DNA of 61,718 nt, counting the filler, from Choristocarpus tenellus KU-1152 (taxonomy: Eukaryota; Protista; Phaeophyceae), in the NCBI GenBank assembly GCA_964200185.2. It is 10 parts of 10 records of this genome, joined end to end, with 100 filler letters (N's around TTAATTAATTAA, not from the genome) between each part and the next. Parts side by side here need not be neighbours in the genome. Positions count along the whole stretch, not along the records: positions 29,057 to 43,353 come from CAXNAD020001233.1; positions 43,454 to 46,316 come from CAXNAD020024122.1; positions 46,417 to 54,593 come from CAXNAD020005044.1; 7 more parts are not named here. The stretch is one strand, 5' to 3'. Positions within the stretch are counted from its first letter, which is position 1, and every line of letters starts with the position of its first letter. The position numbers were made by a program, and so were the translations under genes. The notes beneath the pieces are model-generated. The model ran no database searches. It saw only the letters and a list, made by a program, of their open reading frames with translations, and was not told the DNA's origin. Positions 39,401 through 50,917 of this stretch are shown here, in pieces.

Positions 39401-40160
39401 CTGTGGTGGAATGGTGTCAAATTTGTTCACCTGTTTGAAGGGGTGTACTTTACAGTTTAGTCCTTGTCATTTTTCTTTTCCTCAGTTATTTTGACTCATA
39501 ACTCACCCACTTGTTTCTTGTGCCTGTCCACATGGTCTCAATTTCTTGATTGTAATATAATCTTCAAAGTTCCAATTTTGCTAGTAGGGGTCCTAACCCA
39601 TGTAAATATGAAAAGACATCATTGAAGCAAAGTGTATTTAGTAGGGCAGGTAACCTTTCTCTTAATTCTTGCAAATCTTCTGGTCAGAAAAGGGTTAACT
39701 ATGATGTCAAAAATGAAATGCTATTTGATGCTGTTTGGTGTTTTTACCCTTTCTTGCTTTCACCTCTCATCATGAACAGATTTTTGTGGCTATGGCATTG
39801 GCCACCAATGCCTGTGTACCAACTTCACAAAGAGGGGCGCTCAATGGGTTGGCCATGTCCATTGGCTCCATAGGGAAAGCCTCTGGTCCTGTTCTAGCCT
39901 CCACCTTGTTTGCATGGTCCATTGCTACAGATGAAGGGGTGCAATCCTCCAGCCATCACTCCTTCCCGTTTGATTATCATCTTGTGTTCTATGTACTGGA
40001 GCTAGGCTTGGTTTTTGTCGGAGTTGGTGTGTGGTTGAAGGTACCCATTGAATTGATAAACCCTAGCTCTAACAAAGATTGTGTTGCAAACAAGAACAAT
40101 GTGGTTGAGGAGTGTGGGGATGTTGAAGATGGTCCTGTTGATAGAACTGCTGCAGCATGA
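33478..40160 (+). CDS. MFS transporter, ZIF/ZIFL (zinc-induced facilitator-like) type; 9 exons, ~587 aa
   Basis: Exons 33478-33640, 33908-34091, 34365-34468, 34741-34846, 35449-35559, 35938-36334, 37413-37508, 39087-39308, 39780-40160 join in frame (1764 nt). Motifs SSLFPYVGYMV, GFYAGYVASAFMLGR, WGRFSDMHGRKP (MFS motif A), GPGLGGLLARPA, YPYLL, RGALNGLAMS. Confidence 0.93.
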
Positions 40161-40900
40161 AGAGTTGTGGATGTGGCAGTTCCACAGGGGTAGCGGAGTG
40201 TGAGTATTACTCAGGACATTAAGGACCTGAATTTCCACCTGCTTCTGCAACTGTTTTATTTGTTATCGTCTACCTGTTTCGACAGTTTTATGTTGTTTGC
40301 AGTTCAAAGTACATGAGCTCTTACCTGTTGGTTGATCATTCTTCCAAAATGTACTTTTTATTGTAAGTATGAAGCAGAGCTCTGGTCACTGGTCGGATAA
40401 TTTGATTGGTGCGATTTATTTTGGTCGGAGATATCATAGTCTAATTGTGGCTTGGGATGTGTTCGTTCAATGAGTCATGATGTAATGTTGATGTTGGACA
40501 TGCATGGGCATACTCCCCAATGTATTATTAGAGCTTTAGATGTATGGCTCTATATATACAGAGGCTCTTTTGTGAAGTGTGTAGTAATAAAGCCTAGATC
40601 CTTACTAAGAAATAGGTGTATTTGTTTAGTCAAAATGGAGGTTTAGGTTTGCTTTATTTTTAAGGGTTAGGGTTTAGGGTGACAAGGTAAGCCAAATGTG
40701 AGGAAATACACAACGTACTAAAATATACCCTCAATACAGGTTGCATTTGTTATCCCTTCTGCTTTGTTTAACACAGCAGAGCGCCAATGTCCTCTTTTTC
40801 AACAGGCTCTTCTTCAGTGCAATTTTTGGGTACGGACAAAGGCCTTCTCAACTAGGTTGTTTGCACGTCATGAGAGTGGTTAGGGTTAGGGTTATGAGAT
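35620..40900. repeat. Cluster of short interstitial telomeric (TTAGGG/CCCTAA) 2-3-unit tracts in the MFS introns and 3' flank
   Basis: Tracts near 35622, 35661, 35911, 36472, 37607, 37655, 37736, 37841, 38162, 38357, 38396, 38455, 38498, 38574, 38944, 40663 and 40879; also 29427, 29670, 31254, 32381 and 33273. Confidence 0.9.
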
Positions 40901-43056
40901 TGGACCGCATCACCACAAAGAAGTTGACGATGTAGAATACATTTTATTGATTTGCAGTCAGGAAGGACTCGTTACCTGCACAAAGGGGGTGTTTTCGTAC
41001 CCTCGATAATCATTTGACCTAGGAAACAATCCTGGAAATAAGCACTCTTTTGCCTAGGGACATTACTCAGACATCACCATATTCTAGTATTCCTATCCAT
41101 CACTCTTGGATCATTATTAGGTTTTGAGTAGCATCACACTTAATATTTCGATGTCCATTTTTTGTGTTACTAATATTTATGCTCTTTATTCACTTGAGGT
41201 ATGTCTTGAGTGATTGATGTGGGTTGCAGTTCCTTGATCTCACAGTCTTTGATATAGTCGGGAGATGTAGAAGAAAAACCATAACTTGTCATAATATGCA
41301 GTATCATCTACATTCCATAATATTTACATTTACATTGATCACCTCGTTGTGTCATTTAGTGTACTCATGTAGCAATGCCGATAATATGGTGGATTCACTC
41401 TGAGTCTGAGCCTTGAGCCACACCACCTCTTTCTACTAGGAACTTTGTACAACGTTGTCCTTGAGAGTGTTGATGAGAGTTTCCAGGGGTCATTCCTGAT
41501 GAGGAAAAATCGACTGTGAAATATCGACTTAAATTTTGTTTTCCAGATTATGTATTGGTGCCAAATGGTGAAAGTAGGAGCAATCCTTGGTCAATTAGGC
41601 CTGTTCTTGCCAGCAAGAAGATTTATCTTTTTCACAAGATTGTAATATCCAATAAATGCCACCCTTCTATTGTACATTATACATGATGTTTGAGAGTGAG
41701 AAGGGTACAAAATACATTTATTTTACTCACTATTGTGGTACAGAAAGCCTTTCCAACAGAAAACAGTAGTGGATTGTACTTCATTTTTCGGAAGAGAGGA
41801 AAGGTGCCTCATCCTAGCTACAGCTATATAGAGATATCACCACAAGATTAATGAAGTAGCACAGTCCTGTGTGAGATTGGTGCCTTGGTCTAACATTGGT
41901 ATCACAATATCATCAGGCTTGTTTTCACATGCTTGTTAGCTGTTGCGAATGACATGTACTATGTATAATCCTGTTACTCCTTAGTAATATTAGTATTGTC
42001 ATTATCATTATCATGACTTTAGTCTTCAATTTGTACCAGGACTAACCTTAGTCAAATGAGTACAATGATATCCCCCTCATTCCCTAGCCCTACGCTGAGT
42101 CTTGGTGTCAATTACAATTTATCTTACCTGCCACATTCCCCCAGTGCTATGATATCGCCTTCCACAACAAACAATGTGCAGAGCAAGTATGTAGTCGCGT
42201 CTAAATGTATCTGATTGGTGGGAAGGAAATAAAATAAATTGGTTGATTTATTTCGTAAGAAAGCATGGTTGCATCGACTTTTTACATTTACTGTGCTTAC
42301 TGTTTTTTGCTTTCACTATCTCCTAGGGTAACGGTTAGGGTTTGGGTTGGTGTTGGGTGTTTTCTGTCCTCTTTATCTAAATTTTAAACTACAATCTTGG
42401 CAGTCAGTAGTTGGTACGTGCAGGAACTTTCGTAATATAGATTGCAGAAGATCCACAGTACCTGGGGGGAGGGGGCGGGGGCACCTTTTACCTTCCTTTA
42501 AAAAAAAATCAAATTGCTCCTGCTGACACTTGCTTTTCAAATGCTTTTCAGGCGGGGGAGACAGACAAATTTGACAAGAGTATATGATGTGTGTTGCTTG
42601 GAAAGGAGAAGACGGTTGAGGTAGTATTAGCTAGAATAAGGATCATACACTTGGTTTCATACTGGGGATAAACATCTTGCCCCTGTAGCTCAAGTATTCA
42701 CTGATCAAGCACATATTTGTTTGCATTGTTGGATTTTTTTGTGATATGATTATCTTTGACAGGGATCTTTTCATATTAGTACCTGTCGACAAAGAAAGAT
42801 GGGAAGGGTAAAGTGGCCCCCTACGCAAAAACATATTGGGACATTTGTGATGGTTGTGTATGGACATCCAGGACTGAAGGGGCTAAATGTTGGTTATATC
42901 CTTGCAAAACTCGGTGATCTTTGGGATGGTACAATCATACATAGTGAAGATTCCCTCGAGTAGGTTATTTAGAACTGGAAACAAAGAAAGAGGTTGATGT
43001 AGGAGTGCATTATTTGTTACATTTTGCGTGACACTACAGTAATTGGTATCAATATA

Positions 43057-43231
43057 GACCCAAAGCATCTGGGCGGGGGGGTCTCACCAGGTTGTCCACT
43101 TGGGGCATAACAAGGAATAGTGTACTTACATTATGCATCCGACGTATGCAACCAAATCACACAAAACTCACGACATGAAAAAATTGGCCCCAAATGGACA
43201 GCCGCCACCACCACCCCAGATACTTTGAGCC
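43057..43231. mobile_element. MITE family B, complete, reverse orientation
   Basis: GACCCAAAGCATCTGGGCGGGGGG ... CCCCAGATACTTTGAGCC. Another B copy, or two halves, spans the gap at 43336-43522. Confidence 0.85.
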
Positions 43232-43522
43232 ATTCGCTATCAAATACATGAATTTTTAATAATTCGAATCTCGTAGGAATATGTTACTAATGATATCTGC
43301 TATAAAATTTGGACCTTAATATAGGTGTTATTGAAGGCTCAAAGTATCTGGGGNNNNNNNNNNNNNNNNNNNNNNNNNNNNNNNNNNNNNNNNNNNNTTA
43401 ATTAATTAANNNNNNNNNNNNNNNNNNNNNNNNNNNNNNNNNNNNNNNNNNNNCAAAAATTGCGACATGAAAAAATTGACCCCAAATGGACAGCCACCAC
43501 CCCCTCCCAGATACTTTGAGTC

Positions 43523-44661
43523 ATCAATGGTTGGTTGGACATATTGCGATTCATGAAGTTGAAGTGTGACATGTATCCGAAAACTTGTCTGAAGAGTTGG
43601 TACATCAGTTGTATTCAAAGGTAGACGCATATCTTTAGGAAAATTTGCTAATGACATTTCCGGCAAAGCAGTAATGGGGGTGGTTGGAGGAGATTGCCTT
43701 ACATCAGTCATGTCCTTCCTCTCCGTCAAGTTCCGGATGAGGTCCATGTTAGGAGGGCGCTTCTCCTCCACTGCTGCCTTGAGTTCGTCATTGATCAAGT
43801 TTATGCACAAATCTCCTGTAGACGACGTCACCAACTGAGTAGACGGTGGCACTGGCGGTGTTGGGGGAGATCTTGTGCTGGGGACATGTGCAGACTGGGA
43901 AATTGGCGAGGTTGGCGGTAAAGTAGATGGAATCATGGGGTGATTATCTGCGGACATAAGCTGTTGGACCACCCATTGATCCGCCACTCTGAAATCCGTT
44001 TCCACAAATATCCTGGATGCTTTGTGAACCAAGATTTTTCTCCCATCTTCCAGAATAACCTCATCAAATGATAAGGGATCCTGGTCGTGGAATGTTGGGA
44101 GTTAGATGTTCATCAGACTCATTTTCCTTGAATTCTTCGGCTGTTAAGCTCTGGAACCGGTTTGAAGTTGTCTGGAACGTACTTCGTCTTCTCCTTGATC
44201 GAACTGTATGCCAATCAGACTGATTTGGCATATGTGGTGCTCAAAGTACAGGCAATGTACTCAGAGTTTCTCCCAAAAAGTACTGGAAAAGTAGTTTCTC
44301 CCACTTCAAAACGATTGCCGTCGTCGCCACTGTGAAACAGGTGGGAACAAGCCGATAGTTTCTTCGAAATGAAGGGGAGGGTGAAGACCCACAGGAGGAC
44401 AGGTCAAAGAGGGAGAGCAATCCCTCAGAAGTTCACTCAGGAAAAGAGTAAACAAGTGGAAAAGTGAAGGAGGGGGATTTGGTAAGGTCACTCAAACCAC
44501 CCAATCTTTCTTCAAGCAGATGTTTACCTTCAACATGCAAAAACAAATGTCACATGAATATCATGATGTTCAAGATAGGTCACCTTCAGGGTATACCTTC
44601 TACATGATGTTCAAGATAGGTCATCTTTAGGGTATACCTTCTGTGGAAGATGGCTCTCACA
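43523..44661 (-). mobile_element. 5' end of an LTR retrotransposon: LTR 44661-44331, PBS, decayed gag-like ORF
   Basis: LTR TGTGA...TCACA followed after 1 nt by TGGCGACGACGGCAATCG (PBS-like TGG start, 44329-44312), then the Pro/Ser-rich ORF 44032-43523, cut by MITE B. Possible RT remnant at 43050-42640. Confidence 0.65.
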
Positions 44662-46039
44662 AAATGAGTAAAAGAAAAATGAATAGGTGATAGAATAGAA
44701 ATACGTGGAAGATTATGCCAGAAGAGGAAAACGTTACGGACAGGTCCCTTTTTTGGGATCTTACACACACATGCATATTTTGTGGATATGGGTGGCATGG
44801 AGTCAAACCTAAATGCAAGGTCAAACCAACTTATTGAACTTCCGAAATTGAACAGTTGACAAAAGCATACACACCCACAAGATCCAGATTTGACCAATGA
44901 AGTCAGAAGGACTGTCAGAATGAATATCCAGTACGATTCTGACTTATCCATTTTCCTGGTTTGATGTTGCTTAGTGTGTGATATGTGTTGTGGAATATAC
45001 TTCTGTTCTGTTCAAGAGTGCATCCTGATTATTCTAATTGTCCTGTATTGTGTTGGCAGTCGCCTCTAGGAAAGAATGTGTTCTGGTCCAACTTTTGATC
45101 AGAGTCGAGTTTTTCGTCTAAATAAAGGTTGATGTGACCCTTGAATCACTCCTAACATTATTTGATATAGCTTGAGGTTGGTTGTGGTGCGATGGGTAAG
45201 AGGGCAATTTTCCTCGCTAAACTCAAGTGACTTTCCTTATTAAAATCAAGTTACTCTAACATCCGTCTGTTCATCGTCCAGTATCTGGCTTGGAGGACTG
45301 TTTCTCCTCTCCAAGGACGAGCTTTTCCACGGGAGAGGAAGAGTCACGATCCTCATGTCTCATCTGTCTATGTGTAGCCCCAAACTCTTCATTTTTGTTT
45401 TAGATCCACTATTATGCCTAAAACCTCATCAGCCAGCAGCCAGCCAGTCAGTCAGCCAGCCAGCCCTCATCATCGAACTTGGCCAAGAATACATGCTCTC
45501 CGTCCTACTCTCGACCCCTCTTTGATTTCTTGTTCCGCAGTGATTGACTGGTCCACTCGATCAAACATGAGTCCCCCTCTTGACACACGGCAATCACCAG
45601 TGCGTACACTCTGCCCAACCTCAGCCTTCGACTTCTGTGAAACTTAAGCCCGGAGGTAGAGACCGCATCACGATATCCAGCATGTCCTTCGACAGAGGGG
45701 CTTCTGCAGCTATTGTATCAAGTTCTGCGTGGACGCTCTATGTTTTAGTGAGCTGCGTGCGAAGGTTATGCTCTGAACGCCTCGCACAGTATGTTGTTAA
45801 CAGTCACATTTATGATAGCATCAAAGGTCTTCATTAATTTCGATATGATGTAAGGTGACCTGATGGATGATCGGCATATCAAATTAAAGCTGAGATCATA
45901 AGCAATCGATTGGCGCAACGAAATCTGGTCGCAAAAAAAATCTTGATTTTGGTTTGCTCACGAATTCTGGATTATTATTATTTTATTCCTTGTTTGCAAT
46001 TCACCCATTCCCCTTTCCTTCCCCATTGTACCCCCACTT

Positions 46040-46316
46040 ATGACCAACCCAGTGCGACCTCTTCGCCACTGATTTCCTGTCCCCTCCCCCCCTTTGCGAT
46101 GGCCAACTAATGCGAACCCCTTTCACCACTGATCTCCAGTCAACACCCACCATCCGATGACCCCCCAGGGCGAACACCCTTAGTCACTGATTTCCAGTTA
46201 CCCCCACCATCTGATGACCACCCAGGGCGAACCCCCTTAGTCACTGATATCCAGTCACCCCCACCATCTGATGACCACCCAGGGCGAACCCCCTTCGTCA
46301 CTGATTTCCAGTCACC
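46040..46316. repeat. ~59-60 bp minisatellite running into a gap
   Basis: CACTGATTTCCAGTCACCCCCACCATCTGATGACCACCCAGGGCGAACCCCCTT, about 4-5 units. Confidence 0.85.
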
Positions 46317-46422
46317 NNNNNNNNNNNNNNNNNNNNNNNNNNNNNNNNNNNNNNNNNNNNTTAATTAATTAANNNNNNNNNNNNNNNNNNNNNNNNNNNN
46401 NNNNNNNNNNNNNNNNTCTCAG

Positions 46423-47538
46423 CTTCTACGAATACCTACTCAAGGTGTTTTTGCTCACGGGTGGGCGAGATGCTCTCGACTTGTACATCCAGGCTGTCGA
46501 TGCCATTCTGGAACACCTTCTTGTGGAATTTGAAACTCCAGCAGGAGTGCGAAGGGCACGGCTTAGAGGATTGAGCGCGGGAGACGTCACATTTAATACA
46601 GAGCGAATGGAGCACCTAGCCTGTTTTACCCCAGGAATGCTGGCACTGGGAGCATGGTATGGGGAGAGAAATGGGATCAAGGAGTTACGTTTGAGGGCGA
46701 ATGTGCACATGGCGGTGAGCTCAAATTTGAATTGCTTCTTCTGTCCTTGGCGGTTTTGCAGATTATGGTAAGGGAATATCCTCATCCATTCCACACATTG
46801 TGTTGTTACTGAAGGAACAAACCATTTCTTCCCTGAATATGCCATAGCTAAATTGTGCAAATCAAATTAACTCAGGAAGAATTTTACTTATCTAGTTGAT
46901 TTGCTTTGCAAATCTCGGAAATGTTTTGATTAGTGATTATTGGACAATTTCGTAAGTCCCCTATGCCCCTTGCCCACAATCACTATTATAGTATGAACAC
47001 TTAGTCCTTGCACCCCTTTTGGGTGATGAATGGCCCTACTCTCTCTCTCTGTTAGGCAGCACATTTCCTGACGGAGACATGCATGGACATGTACCGCAGC
47101 ACCCCAACAGGCCTTGCACCTGAGATGGTCACAGGCTTTGATACAAAGGATGGAAGATTCGAGCTGGCCGGTCCAAGACACTACAGCCTCCGACCGGAAA
47201 CCGTGGAGACCTTGTTTATCATGTGGAGGGTGACTGGGGATCCTGCCTTCCGGGACAAGGCGTGGCAGATATTTGTCAACATCAACCAGCACTGCCGTGC
47301 CAAGTTCGGTTTCAGTGGCATAAAGGATGTCACAGATGGAGGGATGGAGATGGGAACCCATGATGGGAGAAAGGTTCTCGTGAGGAAAACAAACTACATG
47401 CCTTCCTACTTTCTAGCAGAGACACTCAAGTATCTGCTGCTGATTTTTAGTGATGAGGATCTACTGCCTTTGGATAGATATGTGCTCAACACTGAGGCAC
47501 ACCCATTTCTCATTCCAGCAAGAAGGGATACACCATAG
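46423..47538 (+). CDS. Class I alpha-1,2-mannosidase (GH47), last two exons
   Basis: Exon 46423-46714 (SFYEYLLK...MEHLACFTPGMLALG) and 47056-47538 (TPTGLAPE...YSLRPETVETLF...SYFLAETLKYL...NTEAHPF). 5' part lost at the gap. Confidence 0.95.
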
Positions 47539-48390
47539 TGCTGGTGTATGGTGTATAGATCAGTAGCTATTATGGTCTTGATTTATTTTCGGTCTCTCTT
47601 TAACCAATTGCTTGGTATGAATCCATGGAAACACCCAGTGTACCAATGTGCTTCAAGCAAGGTATATATATGATGTGTTAGAAGATGATTAATTTTGCAA
47701 AGAAATAAAGAGTTGTTTAAGAAGGGTGGAGTGGTATTGTTGATAATGTCAGGCTACATGTGTGTGTTTGCGCCTACCTGAATCATGTTTTTTTTTTTTG
47801 CCCCAACCTGATTTGCAGGTAAATCCATGTGGTGAAGTAATCTATTTCGTACCTTTTTTTGCGACAGTGTCAATAGAACCTTTATGCACTGGATACACAA
47901 AATGATAAAACCAGCACTACTCTAGGACTTCGAAGGTTGCCTCATAGTGCTAGAGCAGGGCAATCAATATAGGCTTTTTGAGGTAATGTCATTTTATTGT
48001 GTGATGGATGTGAGACTCTGTCCTTTGTGTGATCTGATACCCTTCTCTGATGCGGGAATCTTGTGGTAGTGCTAAGGAAATCTATGTCTTCCATGTACAG
48101 TGTACTGGATGTGTTAGTGTTAGGAAAGTAATTTTTTTTGTATTTAACTTTTATGTCAGTAGTAGTGTGTGGAATAGGTACATTTTTGGAGATTTCTTGG
48201 TTTATATGGTCTTCAATGATATTTTGTATTTTGCTTTTACCACTTGGTCGATCTGGTCCTTGTATTATTTTTTTGCTTTTTGCTTTTTGCTTTTTTTTAC
48301 CCCAAACTGGACAGAAAGTAGTGCAGAATGTGCATGTACCAAGGACTTGACATTGGTAGCGTCGTACTTCCTCAAATCTGACTGAATGGA

Positions 48391-48649
48391 GAGTCAAAGT
48401 ATCTTAGAGGGTAGAGCCATGTCCATTTGGGCGACAAAATCAAATGTTGCAATTTTGATGTAATTTTTGCTATCTTTTTTGTTAGGAGATGTCAATGTCC
48501 TTGTTCTGGACACTCCTTTTTATAATGTACACATTCTACCTACTCCGAAATATTTTGGAGTAGGTAAAATGCCATTAAAAACCTGTGGGCAGCCAAGCCC
48601 CAAATGCACAAAATGGGAAAAACTCGTACCCTCTAAGATACTTTCACTC
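48391..48649. mobile_element. MITE family A, TSD TGGA
   Basis: GAGTCAAAGTATCTTAGAGGGTA ... TACCCTCTAAGATACTTTCACTC flanked by TGGA. Confidence 0.95.
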
Positions 48650-49099
48650 TGGATGTGGCAATTGAAAGGTTATCGCGATGGTTGTAGTGGTGTACTGACT
48701 GTGATACGTTCCCCTGTACCACTCTGAGTGCTTTTAGTATGTTGGTGGATGTTTTGCTGAAAGCCATGAAGTATAGTGCGTGTCCCTAATTAGATACTCT
48801 GTACATGCTTGTAGTGATTACCGTTGTAACATTCACTGTTTGTCGAGATCAGGGAGTGTGTTGAACTTTAGTTTGTGAGTGTTGCACTCAGTAGTGTACC
48901 TTGTATGTTGTAAATTGCCAGTGAGACACTTGAGATGGGCGAGGCAATGCTTAGGTTGATGACACATTGTCGTATGAGACTTAACCAGGAATGTAGAACG
49001 GTATTGGGACCCCGTAATGTGATGGTGCAGTGGATGGAACATATTAATGTTTGTGACAAATGTAATCAATGGTGCTGGCCCTCATGCGCAAGGCTAGCT

Positions 49100-49520
49100 C
49101 TGAAACTATATCATGAGCCGCAGATAGTTGTATGTCTTACTGAACTTCTGAGAATGGTGGGGATCAATATAGTTGCTTTAACACCATACATCACATTTCT
49201 ATCCAAAGGATCCCTTCCTTGTCAGGCATGTTGGGTCATGAGATGTTCTCGGCCTGACAATATGGTTGACTGATGAATATTCCTTCAGTAGGCATTGCAT
49301 AGACAACACAACCTGTTTTAAGCCTTGTTCACCAGAAGGTATGTGACACAGGGAGTGGTGGTGGATGTGGTACACTCTTATTACTTTCAGCATTGTTGTT
49401 CTTTGTGAGAGAAACATGGTAGGACTAACAACTTGACACGTTTTCTTTATTGGTCACTACCATGTGAAGACTGGGTGCGTACATATTGGGGTGACTGTAG
49501 AGATGGAAATTCCCGTTCAC
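49100..49520 (-). pseudogene. Decayed Gypsy-type reverse transcriptase relic
   Basis: YAPSLHMVVTNKK (ASP...V.KK), LLKEYSSV, and TCLTRKGSF / NVMYGVKA (TAF.T..G.FE..VMPFGL), with frameshifts. Confidence 0.35.
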
Positions 49521-50590
49521 ATTAACCCTTGCATGCATGGTGGATGAATGGTTGACAAAGGCGATGTTTGGGGAACTTTTTCATAGGAACCAGAAGCGAG
49601 GTGGACAATAGAAAACTGGTGTATGTGCCCGCAACATGGCCTTGAGAAGTTTAGGATCACGGTTGAGGAATAAAATACGAGAAGGGCAACGAGTTGTTGG
49701 CTGGTGGAACAAAGACCTTAATTGATGAATTCCATGCCAGAGAAGCCGTGATAGCTAGCCTTTTGTCATGCAAAGGCGTCAGCTAAAGGAGCCCAAGCAG
49801 ATCAGTCCATGGCATGCATACTCACCACTACTGGTTGGTGAACACTCTTTTTTGTTGGTTGAAAGTTTGTACTTCCCTCTTTCCTTTGCGCAATAACAAG
49901 TTTTGAGTGGTGTTTGGATTGGATGGACCCGGTGAAGCACTTCCACATTTTCCCGCCTTTTCCTCCATAGGACCTGAGATATTTGATGGTGCTACTGATG
50001 AGCCCTATCCCAAGTATTTGGTGCTACTAACAGTGAGTGAAGTCTGCCTGGGATTCTGCCGGGTACTGATATTAGCTATATTCATTGTGTCACTGCTTTT
50101 CCTCTGCCCTTAGACAACAGGTTTGGGGTCTGGGACTTCTCAGCCTAATGATGTGGAGACAAAAATAAGAATAATATTTACTACAAAGAAAAAGTGATAC
50201 CCCAAATCATCATAACGGTAGTAGCACTTGGTTCCGTTTGCTTGACTTGAGTGAGCAAAGCAGCCTTGTTTCGGTTGAGTCTTCCTATCATGCAAGGAAA
50301 TCTAGCGGTTTAGGAGATCGGTCATGCCCATGTAGCCGACAGGGGATCGGATTATGTATATTGCTTGCGGTTAGATTGGGTATTATTTATGATACTTTAC
50401 AAGGATTCCATCTCTCATTTGATAGTAGTCTTGTTACATGCTTTGGTTTTATTTTCTCAAACCTGTCCGTGGTCAGAGGTTGACGGTAAATCAGAGAAGC
50501 AAAAAATATCAAAGAAATACATGCGATGTAAGAACTGGGAAAAAGTCCAAGTAAACGAGAGATAACCAGCTTTTGGAAACTTCTGCAGTT

Positions 50591-50917
50591 CACTCTTATT
50601 TCTATGGATGAAGTGCTACGATTGACTTGAGAGGGTTGACTTCTATTTTAGTTTGAAATTGTCAACACATTTCAGAAAAGTTTCTAAAAACCTTTGCACA
50701 AGATACTGATTTTGCACGTGTGACAGCATCCTTAAAATGTAACCCTGGTTACCTCTGGTATACTTGAAAATTCTAAGAATGCTGTCAAATGTTCAAAATT
50801 CGGTCTCTTGTGCAAATGTATGTAGGGACTTCTCTGAAATATGTTGACAGTTCCAAACTAAATAGAAGTCAACCCTCCCAAGTCAATCGTAGTACTTTGT
50901 CCATAGAAATAAGGGTG
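50591..50917. mobile_element. Foldback / palindromic MITE with ~145-bp arms
   Basis: CACTCTTATTTCTATGGATGAAGTGCTACGATTGACTTGAGAGGGTTGACTTCTATTT pairs with AAATAGAAGTCAACCCTCCCAAGTCAATCGTAGTACTTTGTCCATAGAAATAAGGGTG; pairing continues inward to GACAGCAT/ATGCTGTC. Confidence 0.9.

Noticed and set aside
41000-42200. Possible Copia RT/RNase H relic (QLYRDITTRL resembling QLADIFTK.L)
   Set aside because: Only one or two weak motifs; too degraded to support.
3930-48727. Recurring small ORFs such as MGSQAPNGQTGQNSYP and LLGDVNVLVPDTPF as a peptide family
   Set aside because: Chance translations of MITE A; frames are not conserved between copies.
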